Assembly (NCBI RefSeq): GCF_006345805.1
Contig: NW_021832258.1
Location: 340-64,339, forward strand
Length of the DNA stretch: 64,000 nucleotides
Source of the DNA: Octopus sinensis
Lineage: Eukaryota
Direction: 5' to 3'
Under the pieces are notes generated by a model, which saw only the letters and a list, made by a program, of their open reading frames with translations, had not been told where the DNA came from and made no database searches. Of the stretch, positions 12,905 to 25,524 are shown piece by piece. A program made the translations under genes and the position numbers. Numbering within the stretch: the stretch's first letter is position 1; the number at the start of each line of letters is the position of its first letter.

Positions 12905-13148
12905 GTTACCAGGATATAAGCAATGAGAGAGAAATTACATCAATGTTGTGTAATAGACTCCTCCGATAACAGGACCACCTCTCCGAAATATTACAGGAAC
13001 TACTCAGATCCTGTATGAGTTCGAGAGAAATAATTCATCATAGCTGTAATTCATATGTTACAATGACTTGGTATCATGTACGATGCTTTTGTTTATTGTT
13101 GTAGGTGGCCCGTTAGTCATGTGAAGACATAGCCGAACGGCCCTTTCA
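12905..13148 (+). repeat. left copy of ~242-bp direct repeat (putative giant TSD)
   Basis: GTTACCAGGATATAA...GAACGGCCCTTTCA aligns over its whole length with 13493-13734, with scattered substitutions. Confidence 0.85.
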
Positions 13149-13492
13149 TTTTTCACCCTGTGGAACAACGAGGTTTAAAGACCAACTCAAGCGGAACCTG
13201 GCTGAAACTAACATCAAACCATCCCCAGGGGAATAGGACAGCCTGGAGGACTGCTGTCCTCAATAGAGCCAGTACATTCGAGCAGAACAGACTACAGAAT
13301 GAGAAGGTAAAACCCAAAGAAGAAAGAAACGTCTTCAAGATCAACCCGCAGCGACCATCTTGTGTGAATTCTGCCCACAACTCTTTCACCACCGACTTGG
13401 ACTCCAAAATCATATTCGGCACAAACATCAGCCGAGGAGGCTGAATAGAAACTGACGAACTCAATGTTCGGATACGAGCTGGGGCCGACGAA
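13149..13492 (+). mobile_element. 5'-truncated RTE-clade LINE 3' end
   Basis: Across frameshifts: RFKDQLKRNLAETNIKPS...WRTAVLNRASTFEQNRLQNEKVK...RLQDQPAATILCEFCPQLFHHRLGLQNHIRHKH, ending in the C2H2 finger typical of RTE/BovB-type ORFs. Confidence 0.8.
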
Positions 13493-13734
13493 GTTACCAG
13501 GATATAAACAAAGAGATATAGATTACATCAATGTTGTGTAATAGACTCCTCCGAGAACAGCACCTCCTCTCCGAAGTAGTACAGGAACTACACAGATCCT
13601 GAATCAGTTTGATAGAAATAATTCATCATAGCTGTCATTCATGTTACAATGACTTGGTATCATGTACAATGCTTTTGTTTATTGTTGCAAGTGGCCCGTT
13701 AGTCATGTGCAGACATAGCCGAACGGCCCTTTCA
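13493..13734 (+). repeat. right copy of ~242-bp direct repeat
   Basis: Aligns with 12905-13148. Confidence 0.85.
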
Positions 13735-15129
13735 CAGAGGTACAGTGAGGCTACAGGAAGAAAGAATTTGTGCAAAATACTCATCCGCTACTCATTTTCA
13801 GCCCTGAAAACTAGGTCACATGCCTTATGGTATAATTCACATTGAAAACAGTTCTTATGTTAATCATTCCTAACGGAGGAAGAAGTACTGCAATTTTGGT
13901 AAGAGAGAAGTTTGACACCAGTGCTCAACTGGTTCGTATTTTGGCACATGCCCAGCAATTCTGCGAGTGGGGGTAAGTCGATTACATCTTTATCGACCTC
14001 ACTTTATCGATGATGGAAGGCATTGTCGACCTCAGAACGTAAAGACAGTCGAAATACCACTAAGCAGTTTGCTTGGCTCACTAACGATTCGACGAACTCG
14101 TCGCCTTATTCCATTCTGTATATTGGTGTGGAAGCTAACAAGGCTGGTTATTTTTTACTCGAGTGTTATGGGAAATCTGAGTAATTATTCTTTCTCATAA
14201 TCTTCATTATTTTTCCACCCTGCCCCAACACCCCCCAAAACTACCACGACAACAATAACAATATTTTATGATTTATTTTTCTTTTCCTACCACACATTAA
14301 TCTAATTACTACTATATGCTTTTGCAAAAAAAAAAAAAAAATTAATAATTAATTAATAATTAAGAAAGTGAAAGAGTGTCAAAATAAAGAAGAAAAACGA
14401 TTGAAACAAGAAAAGCATCGTGTAAGAAGAAAAATGAAATAAAAAGCAAAAATTAAAGAAATAAAAATACAATTTAACAAACAAGATAAATAAATATTTA
14501 AACAAGCCTATAAAAATATTAAAAATTGCATAAAAATTCACAAATAAAAAACAAAAAATTAAGGTGTGTTTCGATCGTGTAGACTCGATACAGAACAGAA
14601 CACACCTAAAACTTAGCCGTATTTTCGTATTTTCGTCTTCTGTCTTGGTTGTTTATATATACACGTATTAAATCATTGATTGATTCTGGTGGAGTCGATT
14701 TTAACGCCTTTGCCAAATTTTCACACACGCCTACGTACACTCAAACGAACACGAACGCATTTACAATCATATACGATTATGCACACACACATACATGAAC
14801 ATACATGCACATATACACAAGCATATATACATTTATCAGAAAGATGTTATCACCTTGGCGTATATGCGTGTGCGTTAGTGTGTATAACGGTTAAAGAACC
14901 CCTTTGGTCATGAATAACCGTGGGATTGCACCTAGAAAGTTCCCCTTAGAGGCATAGGTCCGGGTAAGGTTGTTTATGGAAGACCAACAGTCACCCATGA
15001 AACCAGTGGTCCCTCTCCACGCTATAGATATTATCTAAGGGAGAGGCATGGCACCAGCGCCTTCACCTTTGTGTGTGTAAACACACACACACACACACAC
15101 ACACATACACACACACACACATATATATA

Positions 15130-15330
15130 TATGACACTTCTGCCCGGCGTTCACTAGCCACTACACATTATTTATTTTATCACCTTGTTTCTTTCTGTGT
15201 TTCTCTCTGTGGAAGAGCGTAGGCTCGAAACGTTAAAGGCATTTTCATTTCCTGAGCGTTATACTACTACATCGGTTTGTTGTCTACACCACCTGTTTTC
15301 GTCTTTTGTTTTTTGTTTGTTAATTCTTCC
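15130..15330 (+). mobile_element. solo Penelope pLTR-like fragment with degenerate hammerhead motif
   Basis: Homologous to 25140-25326. CTGTGGA A GAGC GTAG GCTC GAAAC GTT AAAGG at 15207-15239. Confidence 0.7.
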
Positions 15331-15346
15331 TATATATATATATATA

Positions 15347-15392
<46 letters not shown>

Positions 15393-15624
15393 CTTAAAAC
15401 CCACCCTATCAGGTAGCTTTTAAGCTAGTATGTAGCTTTGAAGCTACTAACCCCGAATGGGCAGATGTGCAAACAGATTTTTTTTTACTTGTTTTGGAGA
15501 ATTTGCAGCAATTGCTTCCTCCAGTGTCATATCCTAATGACGATCATATTCTTCGCTAAAAATCATTTTAAAAATGGCCAAAAACAATCGCAGTAATGAA
15601 GACATAGGAATCCAAAATTTCAGG

Positions 15625-15725
15625 ATTGCATGGCAGCTTGGACAAGTGTGTTCTGCTATAGCCTCGGACCACCAAAGCCTTGTCAGTGGATTTGGTAGAC
15701 GGAAACTGAAAGAAGCCTGTCGTAT
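15625..15725 (+). mobile_element. partial tRNA/CORE-like SINE
   Basis: CTTGGACAAGTGTGTTCTGCTATAGCCTCGGACCACCAAAGCCTTGTCAGTGGATTTGGTAGACGGAAACTGAAAGAAGCC is shared with the copy at 48090-48545. Confidence 0.7.
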
Positions 15726-15799
15726 ACATGCATACATACATACATACATACATACATACACACATAGATGCATACATACATACATACATAAATACATAC

Positions 15800-15876
<77 letters not shown>

Positions 15877-15976
15877 TATATATATATAGGTATGTATATA
15901 TATGTGTGTGTATGTATATTTATGTGCGTGTGTATGTATATATGCATGGATATATATATAAAAATATATATACATA

Positions 15977-17565
15977 CAGTTGAGGCCAAAATGTTCAGAA
16001 CGGCAATGTTTTCGTCAGAAAAGTAGATATAATTTTTTATCAAAGTTGTTTTATATTCTATAATTTTTACAGACAATAAATACAATATTATTTGTTATTG
16101 CCTGAGATTTTGGTGTAATTTGAGACGATAATACAAAAGTTATGGATGATTTAGTGATTTACTGCAAAACCCATGGTGGTCAAAATGATCAGAACGGTTG
16201 CTGTTACACCGTGTTTTAGTATATTTAACCGGCGGGCTCTAATGTTTTGAATTTGTTTACGTGACGGTTCGTTTACTAAACATTAGTAAGAATATGTGCA
16301 GTATACTTTGTTAATATAATGCCACTTATTAAGCTTCGAAGGAAGGATAATTTAAGTATTGGATCTATTGCAAAGATTGTTAACAAGTCAAAAAGTGTTG
16401 TACACGGTATTCGTAAGGTCTACGATGATTGTGGTTCGTGTGAAGCAAGAAAGTTTACAGGTAGGCCAAGAAAAACGACCAAGAGAGAAGATCGTGCTAT
16501 GGTAAAGTTGGTTAAAAAGGACAGAATTAAAACTGCTGCTGCTGTTTCTCGGATAATGAGCATTGTATTGAAGAAAACTTTATCTCGAAAACTGTGTCTC
16601 GTCGTTTAGTTGAACATGACCTACAAGCAAGAGCACCTGCAGTGAAGCCACTGATCAGGTCCAAGAATAAAAAGTGTCGTCTTACCTTTGCAACCAAACA
16701 TGTGGTGTGGTCTCAAGAAAAATGGCAAACGGTGCATTTCAGTGATGAATCTAAGTTTATGCTATTTGGCTCAGATGGGAAAAGGTACGTTCGTAGAAAA
16801 GTAGGTGAAAAATTGTCGCCTAAATGCCTTAAGACTAGTGTTAGATTCGGTGGAGGAAGTGTCATGGTTTGGGGAATGATATCTGGAGATGGTGTGGGCC
16901 CTTTGGTGCGATTACATGGGAAGGTAAATGCAGGAGTTTATAAACAACTTGTAACAGATCATGTCTTGCCTGTGCTGAGAAATTCAACTAAGCGACCACC
17001 CATATTCATGCAGGACAATGCCCCATGTCACAAAGCTAAGGTGGTCATGAACTTCCTTAAGGCTGAAAAGTTTATTGTTATGGATTGGCCTGCTCAAAGC
17101 CCAGATCACAACCCTATTGAAAACGTATGGAATATTCTAGAACGTTCGAAAGCCAGAAATCCTAAAACAACTGAGCAATTACGGAATGCCCTTCAGGAAG
17201 AATGGAATAAGATCACCCAGCAAGAAATTGAAAATTTAACTTCCTCATGCAGTCAGAGTGTGATTGAAGCTAAAGGGCTTCACACTAAATATTAAATAAT
17301 TCCAGTATTCTCTGTCATTTTTGATTATTTTGTTATTTTTTCAACCGTTCTGATCATTTTGGCCGCCATGGGTTTTGCAGTAAATCACTAAATCATCCAT
17401 AACTTTTGTATTACCCTTTCAAATTACACCAAAATATCAGACAATAACAATTAATATTGTATTTATTGTCTGTGAAAATTATAGAATATAAAACTACTTT
17501 GATAAAAACTTATACTTACTTTTCTGACGAAAACAATGCCGTTCTGAACATTTTGGCCTCAACTG
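15977..17565 (+). mobile_element. full-length Tc1-family DNA transposon with ~225-bp IR/DR terminal inverted repeats
   Basis: Termini CAGTTGAGGCCAAAATGTTCAGAACGG flanked by TA. TIRs at ~15977-16200 and ~17342-17565, each with outer and inner ~20-bp direct repeats (15984-16003, 16178-16197). Length 1589 bp. Confidence 0.95.
16319..17295 (+). pseudogene. Tc1 DD34E transposase split by a frameshift near 16590
   Basis: ORFs 16319-16609 (HTH, GRPRKTT) and 16594-17295 (FSDESKF, VMVWGMIS, MQDNAPCH, WPAQSPDHNPIENVW). 34 residues lie between the second D and E. Confidence 0.92.
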
Positions 17566-17567
17566 TA

Positions 17568-17646
<79 letters not shown>

Positions 17647-17688
17647 TTGAGGCCAAAATGTTCAGAACGGCATATATATATATATATG

Positions 17689-17741
<53 letters not shown>

Positions 17742-18427
17742 CACACATATATGCGCGTGTGTGAGTGAATGAATGAATATGTGGTGTGTGAGAGAGAAAA
17801 AGATTTTCATAACACATTTTTAATGTCGTAATTTATCACGTATGACGGATTCATTCTAATTTAGAAAAAAATATTAATGCTCTATTCATCTTATAATCAT
17901 CAGAGTGCAAATTCATTAGACCAGTAGAATAACAAGATTTGTGGAATTTCCCACATATTTTAAGTTCTAAATTCATATCGACCAGAGTGGACTTATTTCA
18001 TACTTCCAAGGTCAATAAAATAAAGTACTCGTCTTGTGCAGAATAAAAGACTTGAACTCTCATACTAAATTCGAAATATTATGCTGTGCTGAAGTTAGAA
18101 GTTACTAAATATTAATGTTTAATTTTGAATGGAAACAATTTTTCTGTCATTTCTTTTAAATCACTAATAAAAGGATGGTTGCCATTACATCACATTTCTT
18201 TCGAATTTTCCACCCACCAACATATCAATGGCCGTTGGCCTGTGCTCTAAATTTAAAAGAAAACCATTGTTTCGTGCTGTTTTTCTAATCGATAATCCCT
18301 CGATAAAAGAAATCTTTTGATCTTCATTGGCCACTCAAATACTTAATACTGAATCAATAAAGTTTCCCGTATTAAGAATGAGAAGATGAAAGAAAAGGAC
18401 GGAAGATCAAAAGACAAAGACAGGTGA

Positions 18428-18464
<37 letters not shown>

Positions 18465-18484
18465 GTGTGTGTGTGAATATATAT

Positions 18485-18575
<91 letters not shown>

Positions 18576-19279
18576 GTGTATATATATATAAGTATACATA
18601 TATATGTGTATGCATACGTGTATATGTGTGTGGAGGTGTGTGTATATGTACATATGCATGTACATATAAGGATATATATATATATATATACATATATAAA
18701 GAGAGAGAGAGAAAGAAAGAAAAGGAGGGACCTGGAGAGATAAAGATTACGATGAAAGACAAAACATCAAAACAACGCAACAAGAACGACAAAGAGTATG
18801 AAAGAAAAAATGAAAGAACGAACGTGAAGAATCTATGACGACAAGACTACACTGTTTCATTGTAGTGAAGGCTGGATGGCATTTCTGTTTAAAAGAAAAA
18901 AAAGAACAGTATCGAATTTATTTAAGATACAACACATGTTGGACATTATGTTAGAAATCGACTGCCGGGCTTCCCACCGCCGCATCTGTTTTATGCTAGC
19001 AATATACGGTCGTGGTTTCTGTCGTATAACCAATGAAGGTTTAGCAGTGGGATCAACTGAATAACCAGCTCCCGAGTTATCGAGGAAGTTAAAGGGAGAA
19101 TCTTTTATCGCTTGTTTGTAACTTATTTCAGTGAGTAGACTGTGGCTATGCTAGGAGACACTTTAGCTGAATAAATCTATTCCAGGACCTATTTTTCTTT
19201 AAAGCATGGTGCTTATTCTGTCAATCTCTCCTTGGTCAACCCGATAAATCACGATGTATTAAGCACACAAACACCAGTT

Positions 19280-19420
19280 GTCTTTTTGTTTACCAAATCC
19301 GCTCACAAGGCTTATATCCGTCCGGGGCTATAGGAGGAGTCACTTGTGCAAGATGCTCCGCAGTGGGATTGAACCCTGATCGATGTTGCTGCAAAGCAAA
19401 CTTCTTATCACACACATGCT
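19280..19420 (-). mobile_element. partial tRNA/CORE-like SINE
   Basis: CCAAATCCGCTCACAAGGC...CACTTGTGCAAGATGCTCCGCAGTGGGATTGAACCC matches the reverse complement of the family head. Confidence 0.65.
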
Positions 19421-19779
19421 ATTAGAACAAAGAGAAGAGTAAAACTTTTTAGCTATAAAATTTATCGTCTGCATAAATATAAAGGTATCCCTTAACGTAA
19501 TATCGTCTGCTGCCCGTAGCAATATAATTATAAGTTCGGGGTGGGAAGAGACAGTTTTATTGATGTAGAAGAACGTTTATTCAGCAAGCAAAATGTTACA
19601 GCAAACAACTTTTACTGAGAATTGGTTAAATATCTTATAATATCATTGTTATAATATCGGAAAGTGAAGAGAAGTTAAATTAGGAATTGATTGGTAATAG
19701 TCATCCTTATATTTGAACTACAGGCTGGATTATACCACAAAATATTTCAACTTTGAAATAGGTATGCGTAATTCATGTG

Positions 19780-19930
19780 AAAAGCTGTCAATGAATACTG
19801 CCTGATAATATTCATGAGAACTCCTAATGACGTGAAGAAGAATGTAGAGATATTCATAACAATATTAAGAATCAAATCTAGAAGCGAGTATTGAACGGGT
19901 GACTGGAATTTTATTAATATAAAGTCGTTT
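19780..19930 (+). mobile_element. possible apurinic-endonuclease (L1/Tx1) remnant
   Basis: RTPNDVKKNVEIFITILRIKSRSEY*TGDWNFI resembles the YAPN...GDWN motifs. Very degraded. Confidence 0.3.
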
Positions 19931-20376
19931 TCATTATCGATGAGGGCAACACTCAGTGTTGCCCTTGTCTATAAAAGATTGTTATGAATTGTAAGTTCTG
20001 ACATATATCACTAGCAATTTTATGAGATATCTTACGAGTGTAATGATGGCCATTTCGTTGCATGACTGTAGGACGTATAGTTCATTAGTAGTCAGGTAAA
20101 TTATTCTTAATTCCTTTGCGTTATTGGAATGAAAGATGTGTTACTAAATTGTGATTTATTTCGAACCATGTCCCCAAATAAATAAAGTGATCGCTGTTGG
20201 GTGTTCAGTCGCGCACGCTCATACACCAGCACACATCAACACAGGAGCAGACTACTCAAAAATATTAAGACACTAACCATAAGAAAATAAATGTTTAACC
20301 ACGAATACCTTATCGCAAAATCCATACACTTACACAAAGCGACGCACGTTGAACACACATGCGAGTACATGCACTT

Positions 20377-20430
<54 letters not shown>

Positions 20431-20699
20431 TCTCTCTCTCACACACACACGCCCATACACTGTCCATTACATTTGTATAAATATATAAACATAGAATCTG
20501 TAAACCAGGAAACACAAATCTGGAATAGAGAGGACATGTCATTAATGAGGTCACGAATGAGGATGAAAGGGCTTTGACAGACCTTACTTATTAGTTGTTT
20601 GACCGAATGATTAACCAAAGAAGCAATTATATAACTAGTTAAATATTAGCGAATTGATTAATGATAATAGAAGTGAAATCGAACCAGTCCATGTGTGTA

Positions 20700-21100
20700 T
20701 TATTGGTATAACAACCTTTCCGAGATACAACAAAATGACAGCCACTTATAATGTGCGAGAAATTAAGAGGCTTTCGTTCTTCTCCAAGTTTTCTTATAAG
20801 ACGGAACATTTTCCTTATGCAAGCGGTCTAAAATAAAATTTCGCACCATTTATCCCTTCGTATGCTTCCATGAAAATATGAAAAAACGTCTCTTTGTTCT
20901 TCTTTTAACCCACGATGAATTCTCAAAAAACAAACTAATTCTTCTTGCGTGCATAATTATTTTAATATGAGACTCACTAATGCGCAGGATGGTTTTGGTG
21001 AACACTAAAGCCTTGGCAAGAGGTTTAGTCAATGGGTGTATAAAAATCAATAATATCGAACTGGAAGAATTTACAATGTTATTCGACGCCAACTCCACTA
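20700..21100 (-). mobile_element. Penelope-like reverse transcriptase remnant
   Basis: ORF 20850-21098 contains HPLTKPLAKALVFTKTILRISESHIKIIMHARRISLFFENSSWVKRRTKRRF, resembling the PLE RT segment FYPSI..LL.KAL.FA...I.IIMHARKSLLF....WVKK. Confidence 0.65.
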
Positions 21101-21783
21101 TATCATACTATTAGACTACCATACCATTACACACACACAATTGTTCGATAAGGGAAGCGTTTTAACATATTTCATTTTTAACTATAATAAAATCCAGATT
21201 ATGCTTTGCTAACTAATTCATTGTTTGTTTGGTTGATTAATTTGTGTTTTGGGATAATAGAAAAATTACGCATGTGATATTTAAGGGTGATAAATGGACG
21301 GCGAGATGCTAAATATCCTACTCTATCATGTATAGTAATGGTAGTGGTGATATCTTTATCATTTATATGAATAGACATGTTTGTGTTAGCGTCAGCTCCA
21401 CAAATTCACTGTGACTATAATATGTGGTTACATTTATTTATGCAGCGCTTTTGGATATGCTATAATATCTATCCTGTTTATTATGCTAATGTGCAACTGT
21501 ATGTGCCAGTTAGGAACGCAAACATGGTCGATTGATTTTAACTTGGGAGCGATAATTCTTCCGCACTTGTTTCCGGTGATGTAATAAAGTTCGTCCTAGC
21601 AAGACCGAAAAATAATGAATTTCGTTTTTTAACCGTGGAAGTGCGTGGATTTGTGATTAAGGTGTTGCACTCGTGATCGTAAGAGTGTTTTGTTTCGAGA
21701 ACTGGATGCGTTGTGTTCTTGAGCAAAATAATTCTTTCCACGTAGTTGAAGTACATTCAGACAGCAAAATTGAGTAATCCTTA

Positions 21784-22298
21784 GGTAGCGAGCTGGCAGA
21801 AACATTAGCACGCCGGGCGAAATGCTTAGCGGTATTTCGTATGTCTTTACGTTCTGAGTTCAAATTCTGCCGAGGTCGACTTTGCCTTTCATCCTTTCGG
21901 GGTCGATTAAATAAGTACCAGTTACGCACTGGGGTCGATATAATCGACTTAATCCGTTTGTCTGTCCTTGTTTGTCCTCTCTGTGTTTAGCCCCTTGTGG
22001 GTAGTAAAGAAATAGGTATTTCGTCTGTCTTTACATTCTGAATTCAAATTCTGCTGAGGTCGACTTTGCTTTTCATCCTTTCGGGGTCGATAAATTAAGT
22101 ACCAGTTGCGCACTGTGGTCGATGTAATCGACGTAATCCCTTTGTGTGTCCTTGTTTGTCCTCGCTATGTTTAGCCCCCTGTGGGCAATAAAGAAATAAG
22201 AAACGTTTGGACGCCGGGCGAAATGTTTAGCGGTATTTCGTTCGCCGTTACGCTCTGAGTTCAAATTCCACTAAGGTCGACTTTGCCTTTCATCCTGT
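21784..22298 (+). mobile_element. head-to-tail array of ~3 SINE units
   Basis: GGTATTTCGT at 21831 and 22015 (period 184), then a third partial unit from ~22199. Confidence 0.9.
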
Positions 22299-23360
22299 AC
22301 TAGGATTATGTACTAGGGATGATGTCAAATATAAAATATATTCTATATGCGCAATGGTAATTACACAAAAAAAAAACAGAAAAGAAAATAGACGTCAACT
22401 TAAATATTTGATCCCATATTTCAAGAAAAGAAATTCAATGCAACTTGCTACAAGAAGCTACTGCATCAAGAATACTATGAGAGAATCCTCTTCCAATCTC
22501 TCTTGCATGTTAGAATGTGGGGAATAAGAATGACCTGCTGGCAAACTCTATAAGTATGTGCGTCTGTATGCATGTAGGTATGTATATATTCTTTTGAAGG
22601 ATTTTTCTTCTCGATGAGGTACGAGGCCCAGGTAATCTCTAAACTCCTCTGTCTTCACTTCTAATACCAAGAAATTTGGTGTAATTACTATGCGAAATTA
22701 TCCGCTTCTAATTAGGTACCTTACACCTGTTGCAGTTAATATAATGCCTTTGCCGCTGTGACGTTTGTAACACCTCAGCCGCCCATAAAACTATTTCCAT
22801 TCTTTCATGCCCTTCTGTAAGCTTCTAAGAAAGCAAATCCATCCATCCTTTGGTTTATTGTTGAAGAAATGATCAACGATCCTTCTCGCAAAAATGCTTG
22901 TTCGTCAATGAAACTAAGCAATTCTTTCTAATAGCCTATCGATCACATTCACTGATCATTAACTGTCATGGCGCTTGTGAAATCAAACTTAACTAATTCG
23001 CTTATCTAGCCACTGTCAACTATACGGGAAAATAGCGCGTCAACCGAATGATCTTTTGATTAGTCAGAAGGCTCTTTTATTATTTTTACAGGGTTGAGAT
23101 GACAAGAGTCTGAAGTAAATTTATCGACTTCAATATATGAAGGTTTAGAAATAAATCGAACCGAATAGAGATGAGAGTAAATTTCATTGTGATAACTACA
23201 TTTACTTTGACACACAAACACACATGTATGTGAGTATGTATGTATGTATGTATGTATGTATGTATGTATGTATGTATGTATGTATGTATGTATGTATGTA
23301 TGTATGTATGTATGTATGTATCTACCTATCTATCAATAAATCAGTCAATCTATCTATCTC

Positions 23361-25325
23361 ACTGGTCCCACTCCCGAACTATATGGTCGTTACATCGACG
23401 ACATTATCGGTGCCACCTCACTCTCCCGTGAACATCTAGATTCCTTCCTCTCTTTCGTCCAATCTTTCCATCCAGCCCTCCACTTCACTTCCACTATCTC
23501 CAACACCTCTGTCTCCTTCCTCGACATTTCGGTTAGCATTCTTCACTCCACTCTTACCACCTCCATTCACTACAAACACACAGACTCACACTCATACCTC
23601 AACTTCTCTTCCTCCCACCCAGAACACACCAAGCTTTCCATCCCCTATTCCCAATTCCTCCGTCTACGTAGGCTCTGTAGTGACGACCATGACTTTGAGA
23701 CTCAGTCTCAACGTATGGCTCACCACTTCACCGACGGGATACCCCCTCACCACTATCCACACCGCCCTTGCCAGAGCACGGTCCGTGGACCGTGTATCTA
23801 CTCTCTCTCCCCGAACCCGCCTGTAGTCTCCCGCTCCCTTTTCCCCTCACTACCACCCCACGACCTACGTCTCAAACGCACCATTCTTCGAGCTTCCGTC
23901 ATCTCCAGTCCGACCCGTCCACTTCACACCTCTTCCCTAACCGACCCCTCCCCTCTTTCAAACGAGCCCACAACTTTCGAGACCTTTTGGTCCATAGCTC
24001 CTTCCCTGACCCTACCTCCCAAACCGGCTCGTTCCTCTGCTCCCGCCCACGTTGCCGCACTTGCCCTTACCTCTCCAACACAACCCGCCTCACTAGCACC
24101 CACCATCGACCCTATCCCATCATCCACTCCTTCACCTGCACCTCCAGCAATATTATCTATTGCATCTCTTGCTCTCTCTGCAATTCCTTGTACATCGGAC
24201 AAACGGACGACCGCTTGGCTGACCGGTTCGCGGAACACCTTCGTGACATCCACCTTGCGAACGACACACCGGTCTCACGCCATTTCCGCTCCACGGTCAC
24301 TCCTTGCAACACCTATCTGTGTTCGGTTGTCCTTACACAGAGGCCATCCGGATTCCCGTTTGCGCCGTGAACAGGAATTAATCTTCTCTCTTCGCTCTTA
24401 TACGCCATTTGGTCTCAACTCTCCCCCCTCCTCATCTAACCCCCTCTCCCCCCTCCTCACCTATCCTTTCCCCCCGACCCTACTTCTTCAGTCCTTCATC
24501 CTTTCACCCCTACTCCCTTCCCTTCTTCCCTCTTCTCCTTCCCTCTTCCCCTTCCCTCTGCTCCCTCACTCCCCTCTCCCTCTTTCCTCATTCCTCCCCC
24601 TCCTCCCTTCCTTCTCCCCCTCCTCTCTCCCCCCTCCTCTCCTCTCCCTTCCCCCCTCTTCCCCTCTCCTCCTCCCCCCTCCTCCCCCTCTTCTCCTCAT
24701 TACACCACACGACTTCACACATCACATCATATATGATGTGCCATACTATACATACACCAACAATAATACTAATTACGTACTAATACTACTAATACATACT
24801 AATACATACACCAACCCTATACATACACACGTCCAGACCCCTCATACGCACTTATACTCTCTCATACACACACCACCACCCCATACATACGCACGTCCAC
24901 ACCAATCCTACGCACTAACACTCCTCTCATACACACACACACACACACACCCCTTATACACACTACTAATACTACACCAACCTATACATACACACGTCCA
25001 GACCCCTCCTACGCACTATTAGCTGGTCCTTCACCATATTATCAACCCTATTATCTCCCCTTATTTCGCTCTCGCGTCTCATGTTTGATCTTTGACCTCT
25101 GGCCGAAATCAGATCACCATGTTGATTCGTTAGCTACTGCACGCATTTTTTTTCTCTCCTTCTTTCTGTGTTTTTTTTTCTCTCTGTGTATCTTTCTGTT
25201 GAAGAGCGTAGGCTCGAAACGTTAAAGACTTGTTTTATTTATATTTCCTGAGCGCCATACTAATACAATTGTTCGTTTGTTTTCCACCTGCCTTCGTCTT
25301 TTGTCTATTTTCATAAAGCTTCCCG

Positions 25326-25326
<1 letters not shown>
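23361..25326 (+). mobile_element. 5'-truncated Penelope-like element (RT C-terminus, GIY-YIG endonuclease, pLTR)
   Basis: GRYIDDIIGA...FLDISV...YKHTDSHSYLNFSSSHP...SIPYSQFLRLRRLCS at 23361-23710. ORF 23768-24370 contains FTCTSSNIIYCISCSLCNSLYIGQT..RLADRFAEHLRDI. Confidence 0.92.
25191..25228 (+). ncRNA. minimal type I hammerhead ribozyme motif in Penelope pLTR
   Basis: UCUUU CUGUUGA A GAGC GUAG GCUC GAAAC GUU AAAGA: stem I 5 bp, stem II 4 bp, palindromic ACGU stem III, GUU triplet. Confidence 0.7.
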
Positions 25327-25405
<79 letters not shown>

Positions 25406-25440
25406 ATAAGTATGTGTCTGTATGCGTATGTGTACATATT

Positions 25441-25482
<42 letters not shown>

Positions 25483-25490
25483 ATATATAC

Positions 25491-25524
<34 letters not shown>

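Noticed and set aside
23715-25022. 435-aa ORF as an independent gene
   Set aside because: It is a mosaic of frameshifted Penelope sequence and C/T-rich low-complexity tail.
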